The notes under the pieces: generated by a model | Seen by the model: the letters and a program-made list of their open reading frames with translations, nothing else | Told to the model about the DNA's origin: nothing | Database searches by the model: none | Shown here: positions 39,237 to 47,430 of the stretch, piece after piece | Numbering within the stretch: the first letter of the stretch is position 1 | Layout of the letters: each line of letters starts with the position of its first letter | Position numbers and translations under genes: made by a program | Source of the DNA: an uncultured Actinomycetes bacterium | GTDB lineage: Bacteria > Actinomycetota > Acidimicrobiia > IMCC26256 > PALSA-610 | NCBI GenBank assembly: GCA_963761175.1 | Contig: CAVXFZ010000020.1 | Location: 16,231 to 80,230, forward strand | Direction of reading: 5' to 3' | DNA: 64,000 bases

Positions 39237-40163
39237 ATGGCGGGACTGTCGGTCGGCGTGGTCGGTGCCGGGGGCGTGGGAATCGCGACGGCGTCGGCGG
39301 TCGTCATGCGCGGTCTCGCCGAGCGGGTGACGATCTACGGACGCGACGGCAACGCCGCGCTCGGCGTCGCCCTCGACTTCATGCACGCGCGCCCGTTGCT
39401 CACGCACATCGAGGTGCGCGGGCACGGCCTCGACGAGATCGACCGCGAAGACATCCTGATCATCACCGCCGGGCACCACACGACCCCGGGCGAGACCCGA
39501 CTCGACGTGCTGCAGGAGAACATCGGGGTGATCGACAACGTCGCGACCGCGGTGGAGGCGGGCGCGCTGCCCCGCGTCGCGATCGTCGTGACCAACCCGC
39601 TCGACGTGATGACCGAGTACCTCACCCGCCGCTGGAACGACCGGCCGGTCGCGGTGATGGGTTCGGGTACCGCCCTCGAGACGCTGCGGCTCACCGACTC
39701 CCTCGCGCGCGAGTGCGGCGTGCACCCGCGCAGCGTGCACGCGTGGGTCGTCGGCGAGCACGGCGACTCATGCGTGTTCCTGTTCGAGTCCGCGGTCGTC
39801 GGCACCCTGCCGTTGCAGGAGTTCGCCGCCCAGCGCGGCATCGACCTCTCGCCGGCGCGGCTCGAGGAGATCGAGCAGGAGGTGCGCCGCGCCGCGTACC
39901 GGATCCGCGACCTCAAGGGCTCGACCGCACAGGGCATCGGGCTGACGGTGAGTGGGCTCGTGCACGCGCTCGCCCACGAAGTCGGCGCGCTCATCCCCGT
40001 GTCGACCCGCGTCGCCGACGGCGTCTGCGCGAGCCTGCCGTGCGTGCTGGGACCCGACGGCCCGAGTGAACCCCTCTGGCCGCGTATGACCGACGACGAG
40101 CAGAAGGCCTGGGACCACTCCATGGAAGTCCTTGCGGCCGCGAACGAGTCCCTCCCCATCTGA
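39237..40163 (+). CDS. L-lactate/malate dehydrogenase family 2-hydroxyacid dehydrogenase
   Basis: VGVVGAGGVGIATA Rossmann motif, PGETRLD, catalytic GEHGDS. GSGTALETLR stands in place of GSGTxLDTAR. Confidence 0.85.
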   Translation: MAGLSVGVVGAGGVGIATASAVVMRGLAERVTIYGRDGNAALGVALDFMHARPLLTHIEVRGHGLDEIDREDILIITAGHHTTPGETRLDVLQENIGVIDNVATAVEAGALPRVAIVVTNPLDVMTEYLTRRWNDRPVAVMGSGTALETLRLTDSLARECGVHPRSVHAWVVGEHGDSCVFLFESAVVGTLPLQEFAAQRGIDLSPARLEEIEQEVRRAAYRIRDLKGSTAQGIGLTVSGLVHALAHEVGALIPVSTRVADGVCASLPCVLGPDGPSEPLWPRMTDDEQKAWDHSMEVLAAANESLPI

Positions 40164-40240
40164 CCCGCCGGCGGCCGCGACGCGACCGGCTGCTACCGTT
40201 CTTCGCGCCAGTGCGTCGATGTGCTGGAGGTGGGGCAAGC

Positions 40241-41998
40241 GTGAAACCACGACTCGGCCGGATTGCCGCGTTCGCGTCCGTGCTGGCGGTCGTCTCGGCC
40301 GCGTCGATCGGACTCTCCTCGCCGGCCTTTGCCGTCCCGTCGACGACGCCGACGCTCACGGCTCCGACCGACGGCGCCACGGTCGCCGGTGCTGTCGCCG
40401 TGACCGCGACGAGCACCGAGGCCTTCGTCCAGTTCTTCGTCGACGGCGTCGAGCTCGGAACGCCCGTGAGCGTCGTGTCCGGCGATGCGGCAACGGCATG
40501 GCCGACGTTCGGTCTCGCGAACGACGCCGTCCACACGATCGCCGCCGCCGACTGCGACAACGACGCCTGCGCCGCGCCCGGAGCAAGCATCAGCGTCACC
40601 GTGCACAACGACGCGCCGACGCTCACCGCGCCGACCGCGGGCGAGACCGTCGGCGCCGCGACGACGCTCACGGGCGATGCGGCCGGGGGTGGCGTCGAGT
40701 TCGTCATCGACGGCTCACCGGTGCAGTTCGACGGCAGTGCGCCGTTCAGCTTCGCGGTCGCCGACCTGGCCGAAGGCTCGCACACCGCCGCCGTGCAGGG
40801 CTGCGACGAGAGCGGCGCGTCGTGCGACGGCCCGACCTCCGAGGCGACCTCCTTCACCGTCGAGGTGCTGCACCCGGCGATCAGCCTCCTCACACCGACA
40901 GGTTTCAGCCCCAACGGCGACGGACGATTTGATACGACGCGGGTCACCTTCGCGCTCCCGCAACCGCAGGCCGTCTCCTACTCCGTCGTCTCGAGGTCGT
41001 CGGGTCTCGTCGTGCGCGGACCGCTCCGCCTCGGCATCCCGGGAGCGGGTGCGCATGCGTTCGTGTGGAACGGATACAACAACTCCGGCGCGCGGGTACC
41101 CGACGGGCGCTACACGATCGAGATCGACACGTACCGGCACCTCACCGGCGGCGATCTCGCGCGCGGCATCGCAACGCGCGACGTGCGCGTCGACGACACC
41201 GCGCCGTCGCTCGCGAGCCTCACCGGCGCGCGTGCCACCTTCTACCCGTATCCCGACACCTACGGCGACACGTGGACCGCGCACATCACGGTCGGTGAGT
41301 CGGCGACGGTCTCGCTCGAGATCTACAACGTCCACAACGCCGTGCTGCGGCGCATCTCCGTGTACCACAGCGGTGCGGGAACGGTCGCGCTGACGTGGAA
41401 CGGTCGCAGCAGTAGCGGCGCGATCCTGCCCGCCGGTTCCTGGCGCTTCCGGATCTGGGCGCAGGATTTGGCCGGAAATCGCCACGTGACCGCGTACTAC
41501 GTCGTGCGCGTCTCGGGGCTGCGGCTGATCGCGAGGGCCGCGACGATCTCGCGCAACGGCAACACGGCGTTGATCCGCACCACCGACACGAGCTGCACCG
41601 GCTTCAGCTACGCACTGTCGTTCTTCACGTACGGCGTGTGGCTCGAGAACAACTGCTCCGATCCCGAGCTGATCCTCGCCGACTACACCTTCAGGCTTCC
41701 CGCCGCGACGCGTTACACGAGAATCGCGATCGGCTCGTACGGCAACACCGTCTCGCCTCCCGAGCACATCAACGGCGCGTGGTGGAACTACTCGTCGTCG
41801 ACGTGGACGCTCGGGAGCTTCGTGACGCTCTCGCACAACAACGTCGACGAGTGGAGCGCCCTGGGCTCGGTGACGTCGGCGGGCCGCGTCAGCGGTCAGA
41901 CCGCGCACGTCGCGGTGGTGGTGACGAACGTCGACGGCGTCGACGAGTACGACGTCGGCGCAGTCAAGGTGACGGTCCACTACCAGGTGCTCGGCTGA
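40241..41998 (+). CDS. secreted protein with Ig-like and FlgD-Ig-like domains
   Basis: GTG 40241 follows GGAGG; signal peptide ..SSPAFA. Two similar Ig-like units (TLTAPTDGATVAG.., TLTAPTAGETVGA..). FSPNGDGRFDTT.. and WNGRSSSGAILPAGSWRF are typical of FlgD-Ig-like modules. Confidence 0.7.
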   Translation: MKPRLGRIAAFASVLAVVSAASIGLSSPAFAVPSTTPTLTAPTDGATVAGAVAVTATSTEAFVQFFVDGVELGTPVSVVSGDAATAWPTFGLANDAVHTIAAADCDNDACAAPGASISVTVHNDAPTLTAPTAGETVGAATTLTGDAAGGGVEFVIDGSPVQFDGSAPFSFAVADLAEGSHTAAVQGCDESGASCDGPTSEATSFTVEVLHPAISLLTPTGFSPNGDGRFDTTRVTFALPQPQAVSYSVVSRSSGLVVRGPLRLGIPGAGAHAFVWNGYNNSGARVPDGRYTIEIDTYRHLTGGDLARGIATRDVRVDDTAPSLASLTGARATFYPYPDTYGDTWTAHITVGESATVSLEIYNVHNAVLRRISVYHSGAGTVALTWNGRSSSGAILPAGSWRFRIWAQDLAGNRHVTAYYVVRVSGLRLIARAATISRNGNTALIRTTDTSCTGFSYALSFFTYGVWLENNCSDPELILADYTFRLPAATRYTRIAIGSYGNTVSPPEHINGAWWNYSSSTWTLGSFVTLSHNNVDEWSALGSVTSAGRVSGQTAHVAVVVTNVDGVDEYDVGAVKVTVHYQVLG

Positions 41999-42034
41999 GG
42001 CAACGCGCAACCGCGGCGTCGCCGCGGAGTTGCC
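41999..42034. terminator. hairpin between convergent genes (possible bidirectional terminator)
   Basis: ggcaac..ccgcgg cgtcg ccgcgg..gttgcc nested inverted repeat, filling the gap between the stops at 41998 and 42036. Confidence 0.4.
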
Positions 42035-42035
42035 G

Positions 42036-43025
42036 TCAGCTCGGCGCGATCGGCGGCTCACCGGCGACCGTCGTGCGGTGCAGCGCCCGGCGGTGACCCT
42101 GCGAGTCGGCCACAACCATGTGCTGAACACACCGGTTGTCCCAGAATGCGACGTCGCCGACCTGCCAGTGCCACCGGCAGGTGATCTCGGGCTGCGTCGC
42201 GTGCGCGAAGAGGAAATCGAGGAGCAGCTTCGCCTCGTGCGCGAACCAGCCGTCGATGCCGACGGTGTACTGCTGGTTCAGGAACAGCGCCTCGCGGCCG
42301 GTCTCGGCGTGCACGCGCACCGCCGGATGGAGCTGCGAGCGGTTCGCCTCCTCGCTCGTCTGCACGGTCATGCCGACGAACTGGTCGTGCACCAGCTGCA
42401 TCCTCGGTGCGTAGGCATTGCGCGCGCTGTGCACGCCACGCAGGCGTCGCAGCGTCTCCTGCAACCCGGCCGAGAGCGTCTCGAACGCGAGGTACTGGTT
42501 CGCCCATAGCGTGTCGCCGCCGACGGGCGGGATCTCGAGCGCGTGGAGGATCGAGCCCATCGGCGGCTCGGGCAGGAACGAGAAATCGGAGTGCCAGATC
42601 CCGCCGAACGTGAAGGCCTGCCGCTCCGACGCTTCGCGCACGACCGCGATCACCTCGGGATGCTCGGTGATCGGCTCGACGAACGGCACCGGGCTGAACG
42701 GCCCGAACCGGCGGCTGAACGCGACCTGCCGGGCAGGGGTCAACGATTGCCCGCGAGCGAACACGACACCGTGGTCGAGCAGCGCGCGCCGGATCTCGGC
42801 AACGACCGCGTCGGAAAGCTCGCCCGCGAGATCGATACCGCCGATGACGGCGCCACACGCGGCCGTCAGCGGCTCGACGGTCAGATGCCGGTACGAAGAC
42901 CCGGCGGGCGCGGCGGCAACCGGCACGAGCGGCACGTCGAGCACGACCGGATGATACGGCTCAGCCGGCGAAACCCGCGACGTGATGCGCTCGCGTCTAT
43001 TGGAGGTGGAACGTGAGGACGGCAT
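42036..43025 (-). CDS. TauD/TfdA-family Fe(II)/2-oxoglutarate dioxygenase
   Basis: WHSDFSF (HxD) motif, GGDTLWANQ, distal His in ..RALHRTTV. The start is uncertain (ATG 43025 overlaps the upstream gene by 29 nt; GTG 42944 is an alternative). Confidence 0.85.
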   Translation of the reverse strand: MPSSRSTSNRRERITSRVSPAEPYHPVVLDVPLVPVAAAPAGSSYRHLTVEPLTAACGAVIGGIDLAGELSDAVVAEIRRALLDHGVVFARGQSLTPARQVAFSRRFGPFSPVPFVEPITEHPEVIAVVREASERQAFTFGGIWHSDFSFLPEPPMGSILHALEIPPVGGDTLWANQYLAFETLSAGLQETLRRLRGVHSARNAYAPRMQLVHDQFVGMTVQTSEEANRSQLHPAVRVHAETGREALFLNQQYTVGIDGWFAHEAKLLLDFLFAHATQPEITCRWHWQVGDVAFWDNRCVQHMVVADSQGHRRALHRTTVAGEPPIAPS

Positions 43026-44721
43026 CGACGTCGACTCGCGCGCGCTTCGCAGTGCCGGCGACGACGATCTTCAAGGTATGAGCCTGCTGCGTCGACCATC
43101 CCTGCTTCCACACGATTTGTCGCGGCTGGTGCGTCGAGGAGTACAGATCCAGCGTCTTCTGCAGGACGCCGTCGAGATAGACCGACGCCTTACCGAACGT
43201 GGGGCCCGTTTCCGAAATCCACGCCACGCCGGTCGCCTTGAACTTCGCCGTCGCACTCGCCTGCTTCGCCGTCGAGTACTTCAGGGCCCCGCCGTAGGCA
43301 TCGCCGGCCGACTGCGTCGTCCAACTGCCACCGAACTTCACCTTCTTCGACGACTCCTGCCACACGAGTGGAGCGAACGACGGCTGCACTCCCCAACCAC
43401 TGCTCTCACCGAGGCAGTTCGTCACGTTCAGCTCGAACCGATACGAGGTGGATGGATCGAGCAGCAGCGCAACCGATGTCGCGGTGGGCGATCCCAGCCT
43501 CACCTCGCTGAAGGGGCCTCCGGAGACGCTCTCACGCAGGTCGTATCTGCAGATCCCGTTCGGGTCCGACGCGGTGTCCCACTTCTCCACGACGGGCATC
43601 GCGGTGCTCCCCAACGAACCCGGGAACGCGAAGCCGGTCGACGGGATTTCGACGGCCGGCGGTTGGGCAAAGATCGGATGTGAGAGGTCACAACGATCGG
43701 TGTCGTTCGAGAACGTCGACTGCATGGGGAACGCGCCTGTCGCCATGGTCACGTTCGCGGCCGCTCCCTGCCCATACGCGATCCAGACACACTTGTCGCC
43801 GTTCTCGTCGTACGAGCTGTCGAGCCAACCACCGTCGGGGAGTTGGTCGGTGATGGTCTCCGCGTACTCGTGGCCCTCGACGATGCTGTAGCCGTCGTCG
43901 GTACCGGGGTAGTTCACGAAGCCCTGGCCGCAGCTGTAGCCGACATCCGACAGGTACGGAAGGTTCGTGAAGGCGATGTCGCCCGCCGACGACGACGACC
44001 ACGAATGCCACGCGCAGAATCCGCTCGTCTTGTAGTAGTCGGGATCGAGGCCCGGAGCCGAGAACACGACGTACTGGGCGTAACGATTGCTCGCCGCGGT
44101 CGAGGTGCCGAAGTGCCCGGCTGCCTTCACGGCCTCGGCCGCGAGCTGCGAATACGACGCGCTCGTGGGTTCGGCGGCCGAGTGGTCGTACCAGATCCCC
44201 GCGAGCGCCCCGCCGGTCGGGTACCCGACGTGCGGGGCACCGGCAGGACATGCGGTCGCACCGCCGGCGACGAGCGGCCCGTCGCAGTACTGCGTCATCG
44301 TCCCTGACCAGGTCTCACCGCCGGTCCCCAGCCCCTTCATCAACTGCTGCACGTACGGCGCGGCGCCGACGCTGTCTTTCGAGAACGTGAAGTTCCCGTT
44401 GGCATCGACCGTCTTCGCGCCCCACTGCGAACCCCAGAAGATCAGGTACACCTTGGGTGTACCACTCGTGACGCCGATCCCGCTGACACCACCGTGAAAA
44501 GTGAGGAGATCCGAAGCCGCGGCACCCGCGCCGCACGTCGGGCGCGCCGCCGGCCGATCGAGAGCCGGAACGATGCCGGCGCGATACGGATGCCCGCTTG
44601 CAGGTGGGCACGAGCCTGCGCCGCCGCCACGAGACGCTACGGCCGTGGCGGGCAGGGCAAGCGGCGACGCGATGGCGGTAACAGCGACGACGACTGATGC
44701 AAATCGAATCGGTGACTTCAT
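42997..44721 (-). CDS. secreted protein of unknown function (possible HExxE hydrolase) with a C-terminal beta-sandwich domain
   Basis: Signal peptide MKSPIRFASVVVAVTAIASPLALPATAVA. Conserved-looking LIFWGSQWG and EGHEYAETITD. The C-terminal GSWTTQSAGDAYGGALKYS..ASVYLDGVL..HTLKIVV resembles a carbohydrate-binding-type sandwich. Confidence 0.6.
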   Translation of the reverse strand: MKSPIRFASVVVAVTAIASPLALPATAVASRGGGAGSCPPASGHPYRAGIVPALDRPAARPTCGAGAAASDLLTFHGGVSGIGVTSGTPKVYLIFWGSQWGAKTVDANGNFTFSKDSVGAAPYVQQLMKGLGTGGETWSGTMTQYCDGPLVAGGATACPAGAPHVGYPTGGALAGIWYDHSAAEPTSASYSQLAAEAVKAAGHFGTSTAASNRYAQYVVFSAPGLDPDYYKTSGFCAWHSWSSSSAGDIAFTNLPYLSDVGYSCGQGFVNYPGTDDGYSIVEGHEYAETITDQLPDGGWLDSSYDENGDKCVWIAYGQGAAANVTMATGAFPMQSTFSNDTDRCDLSHPIFAQPPAVEIPSTGFAFPGSLGSTAMPVVEKWDTASDPNGICRYDLRESVSGGPFSEVRLGSPTATSVALLLDPSTSYRFELNVTNCLGESSGWGVQPSFAPLVWQESSKKVKFGGSWTTQSAGDAYGGALKYSTAKQASATAKFKATGVAWISETGPTFGKASVYLDGVLQKTLDLYSSTHQPRQIVWKQGWSTQQAHTLKIVVAGTAKRARVDVDAVLTFHLQ

Positions 44722-44731
44722 GGTTCCCCCA

Positions 44732-46015
44732 CTATGAATGCAGGTCGATGACGTGGACCTCGCCGCCGTTGGCGTACGTCGTGTAATAGAGCGCGGTGTG
44801 ACCGGCGTAGGGCGCGAAGGTCATCGCGATCGGGCCGCCGGTGCCGAGGCCGGACGCGAACGACGAGGAGACCCAGCCTCCTGAACCGTCGGGCAGCAGC
44901 AGGAACATGCGATTGCAGATGTAGTCGCCGTAGAGATAGCCGGTGTCGTACGCGGAGCCCCACAGCCCGTCCGGGACGAACGCGCCGCCGGTGATCGCGT
45001 CGCAGCCCGCGGCGTCGTGCGGGTAGTCGAAGATCGGGTTGGTCAGCCCGGCCGGCGGCGCACCACAGTCGACGAGCGAGCCCTCGGCGCAGTGACCTTC
45101 GCGCGTGTTCCAGCCGTAGTCGGCGCCCTTCGTCGTCTTGTCGATCTCCTCCCACGTCGACTGCCCGACGTCGTTCACGAACAGGCGGGTGCGCGTCGAG
45201 TTCGGATCGAACGCGAAGCGGAACGGGTTGCGGAAGCCCTTGGCGAAGATCTCCTGGCACGTGAGGCCTTCGGCGATGCCGCCTTGGTTGCAGCGCGCGG
45301 TTCCCGCGCCCGTGAAGGGGTTGTTCGAGGGGATGCCGCCGGTCGCGGTGATCCGGAGGATCTTGCCGCGCAACGTGTTGCCGCGATGCGCGATCGTGTT
45401 GTCGGGGTCGCAGCCGCTCACGAGCGTGTAGTCGCAGGCGCCGTCGCCGACGCTCACGTAGAGCATGCCGTCGTCGCCGAACCCGAGATCACCGCCTTCG
45501 TGGTTCGCGTGGTAGGAGACCATGTTGTCGATCAGCACCGTCTCGGTCGACGGCACGATCTTGTTCTTCGGCATCGTGAAGCTCGACACGCGGTTCACCG
45601 GAACCTTCCGCGTAAGCGTCTTGCAGCCCTTGTACTTCCGGTACGAGTAGTAGACGAAGACGCGGTGGTTGGTGGCGAACTGCGGATCGACGGCGATCCC
45701 GAGCAGCCCGCGCTCGGAGTCGCCTGCGCAGACCTTCTTCGAGATGTCGAGCGCCGGCTTCGCCAACACCTTGCCGTTCTTCAGCACCCACACCCGACCC
45801 TGCTGATCGGCGATCAGGATGCGCCCGTCGGGTGTCGGCGCAAGGGCGATCGGATCCTCGACGGCCGCGACCAACGAGTCGCCGAACCCGGCCGGGAGGC
45901 TCTCGACCTCGGGGCGCGACGACGCGACGGCCGCAGTGCCGGCGCTCGCCGCCGTGAACGTCGAGCCCACGAGAACGACGGCCATCACCGCGTTCCACAC
46001 CAGTCGTCTGCTCAC
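44732..46015 (-). CDS. PQQ-dependent sugar dehydrogenase (soluble GDH/sorbosone dehydrogenase family)
   Basis: Signal peptide. ERGLLGIAVDP, HEGGDLGFGDDGMLYVSVGDG, GFRNPFRFAFDP, YGWNTREG. Confidence 0.85.
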   Translation of the reverse strand: MSRRLVWNAVMAVVLVGSTFTAASAGTAAVASSRPEVESLPAGFGDSLVAAVEDPIALAPTPDGRILIADQQGRVWVLKNGKVLAKPALDISKKVCAGDSERGLLGIAVDPQFATNHRVFVYYSYRKYKGCKTLTRKVPVNRVSSFTMPKNKIVPSTETVLIDNMVSYHANHEGGDLGFGDDGMLYVSVGDGACDYTLVSGCDPDNTIAHRGNTLRGKILRITATGGIPSNNPFTGAGTARCNQGGIAEGLTCQEIFAKGFRNPFRFAFDPNSTRTRLFVNDVGQSTWEEIDKTTKGADYGWNTREGHCAEGSLVDCGAPPAGLTNPIFDYPHDAAGCDAITGGAFVPDGLWGSAYDTGYLYGDYICNRMFLLLPDGSGGWVSSSFASGLGTGGPIAMTFAPYAGHTALYYTTYANGGEVHVIDLHS

Positions 46016-46060
46016 CGCACGTCCTCCCTCTCCACGCGGACGCGTCCTCGGCCCGCGCGT

Positions 46061-47341
46061 TCATTGCTCGATGACGTGGACTTCGCCGCCGTTCGCGTAG
46101 GTCGTGTAGTAGAGCGCCGTCTTCCCGGCATGGGGCGCGAACAGCAACGTCACCGGACCGCCCGGCGCGAGCCCGCTCGCGAACACCGACGCGGTCCAAC
46201 CGCCGACGCCGTCGGGCACCATGACGAAGATCTGATTGCAGATGTAGTCGGAGAACAGGTAGCCGCTGTCGTACGCGCCAGCCCAGAGTCCGTTCGGGAC
46301 GAACGCGCCGCCGGTGATCGCCTCGCAGCCGGTCGCGACGTGGGAGTACGCGTAGAGCGGGTTCGTCATGCCGGCGGGGGGCGGCCCGCAATCCGTCACC
46401 GATCCCGTCGCGCACGGGCCTTCCCGCCCGTTCCAGCCGTAGTTCGCACCCTTGACGGCCTTGTCGATCTCCTCCCACGCGTCCTGGCCGGTGTCGTCGA
46501 CGAACAGCCGCGTGCGGCTCGAGTTGGGATCGAACGCGAAGCGGAACGGGTTGCGCAGCCCGTAGAGGTAGATCTCCTGGCACTTCAGGCCCGCCGCGAC
46601 GAACCCGTGATCGCAGCGCGCGGTACCCGCGCCCGTGAACGGATTGTCGGACGGGATCCCACCCGACGGCGTGATGCGCAGCACCTTTCCCTGCAGCGTG
46701 TTCAGCGTCTGCGAGATGGCGTCGTCGGCTTCGCAACCGCTCGCGCCGGTGTAGTCGCAGCCGCCGTCGCCGACGCTCACGTAGAGCATCCCGTCCTTGC
46801 CGAACCCGAGATCACCGGCGTTGTGGTTGCCGTGGTACGAGATCATCTCGTCGAGCAGGATCGTCTCCGACTTCGCCTTGATCACGTCACCCTTCATCTT
46901 GAAGCGGGAGACGCGATTGACCGGAACCTTCGCGATGTCGCGCTTGCACTTCTGGTACTTCTTGAACGTGTAGAAGAGGTACACGTAGCCGTTGGTCGCG
47001 AACTCGGGATCGACGGCGATCCCGAGGAGGCCGCGCTCGCTGTTCGTCGCGCAGACCCGCGACGAGATGTCGAGCGCGGGTTTGGTCAGGAGCGCGCCGT
47101 TCTTCACGACGCGCACGATCCCCGACTGGTCGACCACGAGGATCCGCCCGTCGGGGGTCGCGGCCAGCGCGACCGGACGGCTCACGGTGGCGACGAGCGA
47201 GTCGGTGAAGCCCACCGGCAACGAGGCAGCGTGCGCGTCCGGCGACGCGCCGGCCGCACCGATGGGTACCGGAACGACGGCCGCCGCGACGGCGATCACG
47301 ACCGCGAGGCCCAGCGTGCGCATCCGAACCGACGTCGACAT
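46061..47341 (-). CDS. PQQ-dependent sugar dehydrogenase, tandem paralog
   Basis: Collinear with the preceding gene product (ERGLLGIAVDP, HNAGDLGFGKDGMLYVSVGDG, GLRNPFRFAFDP). ATG 47341. Confidence 0.85.
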   Translation of the reverse strand: MSTSVRMRTLGLAVVIAVAAAVVPVPIGAAGASPDAHAASLPVGFTDSLVATVSRPVALAATPDGRILVVDQSGIVRVVKNGALLTKPALDISSRVCATNSERGLLGIAVDPEFATNGYVYLFYTFKKYQKCKRDIAKVPVNRVSRFKMKGDVIKAKSETILLDEMISYHGNHNAGDLGFGKDGMLYVSVGDGGCDYTGASGCEADDAISQTLNTLQGKVLRITPSGGIPSDNPFTGAGTARCDHGFVAAGLKCQEIYLYGLRNPFRFAFDPNSSRTRLFVDDTGQDAWEEIDKAVKGANYGWNGREGPCATGSVTDCGPPPAGMTNPLYAYSHVATGCEAITGGAFVPNGLWAGAYDSGYLFSDYICNQIFVMVPDGVGGWTASVFASGLAPGGPVTLLFAPHAGKTALYYTTYANGGEVHVIEQ

Positions 47342-47430
47342 CGCCGCTTCCCCCACCTCGAGCGCAAAGTGGAGCGCAGACTAGCGACCATCGGAGCCCC
47401 GCGCCCGGGCCCGCTCGGGGGCGATCCGCC

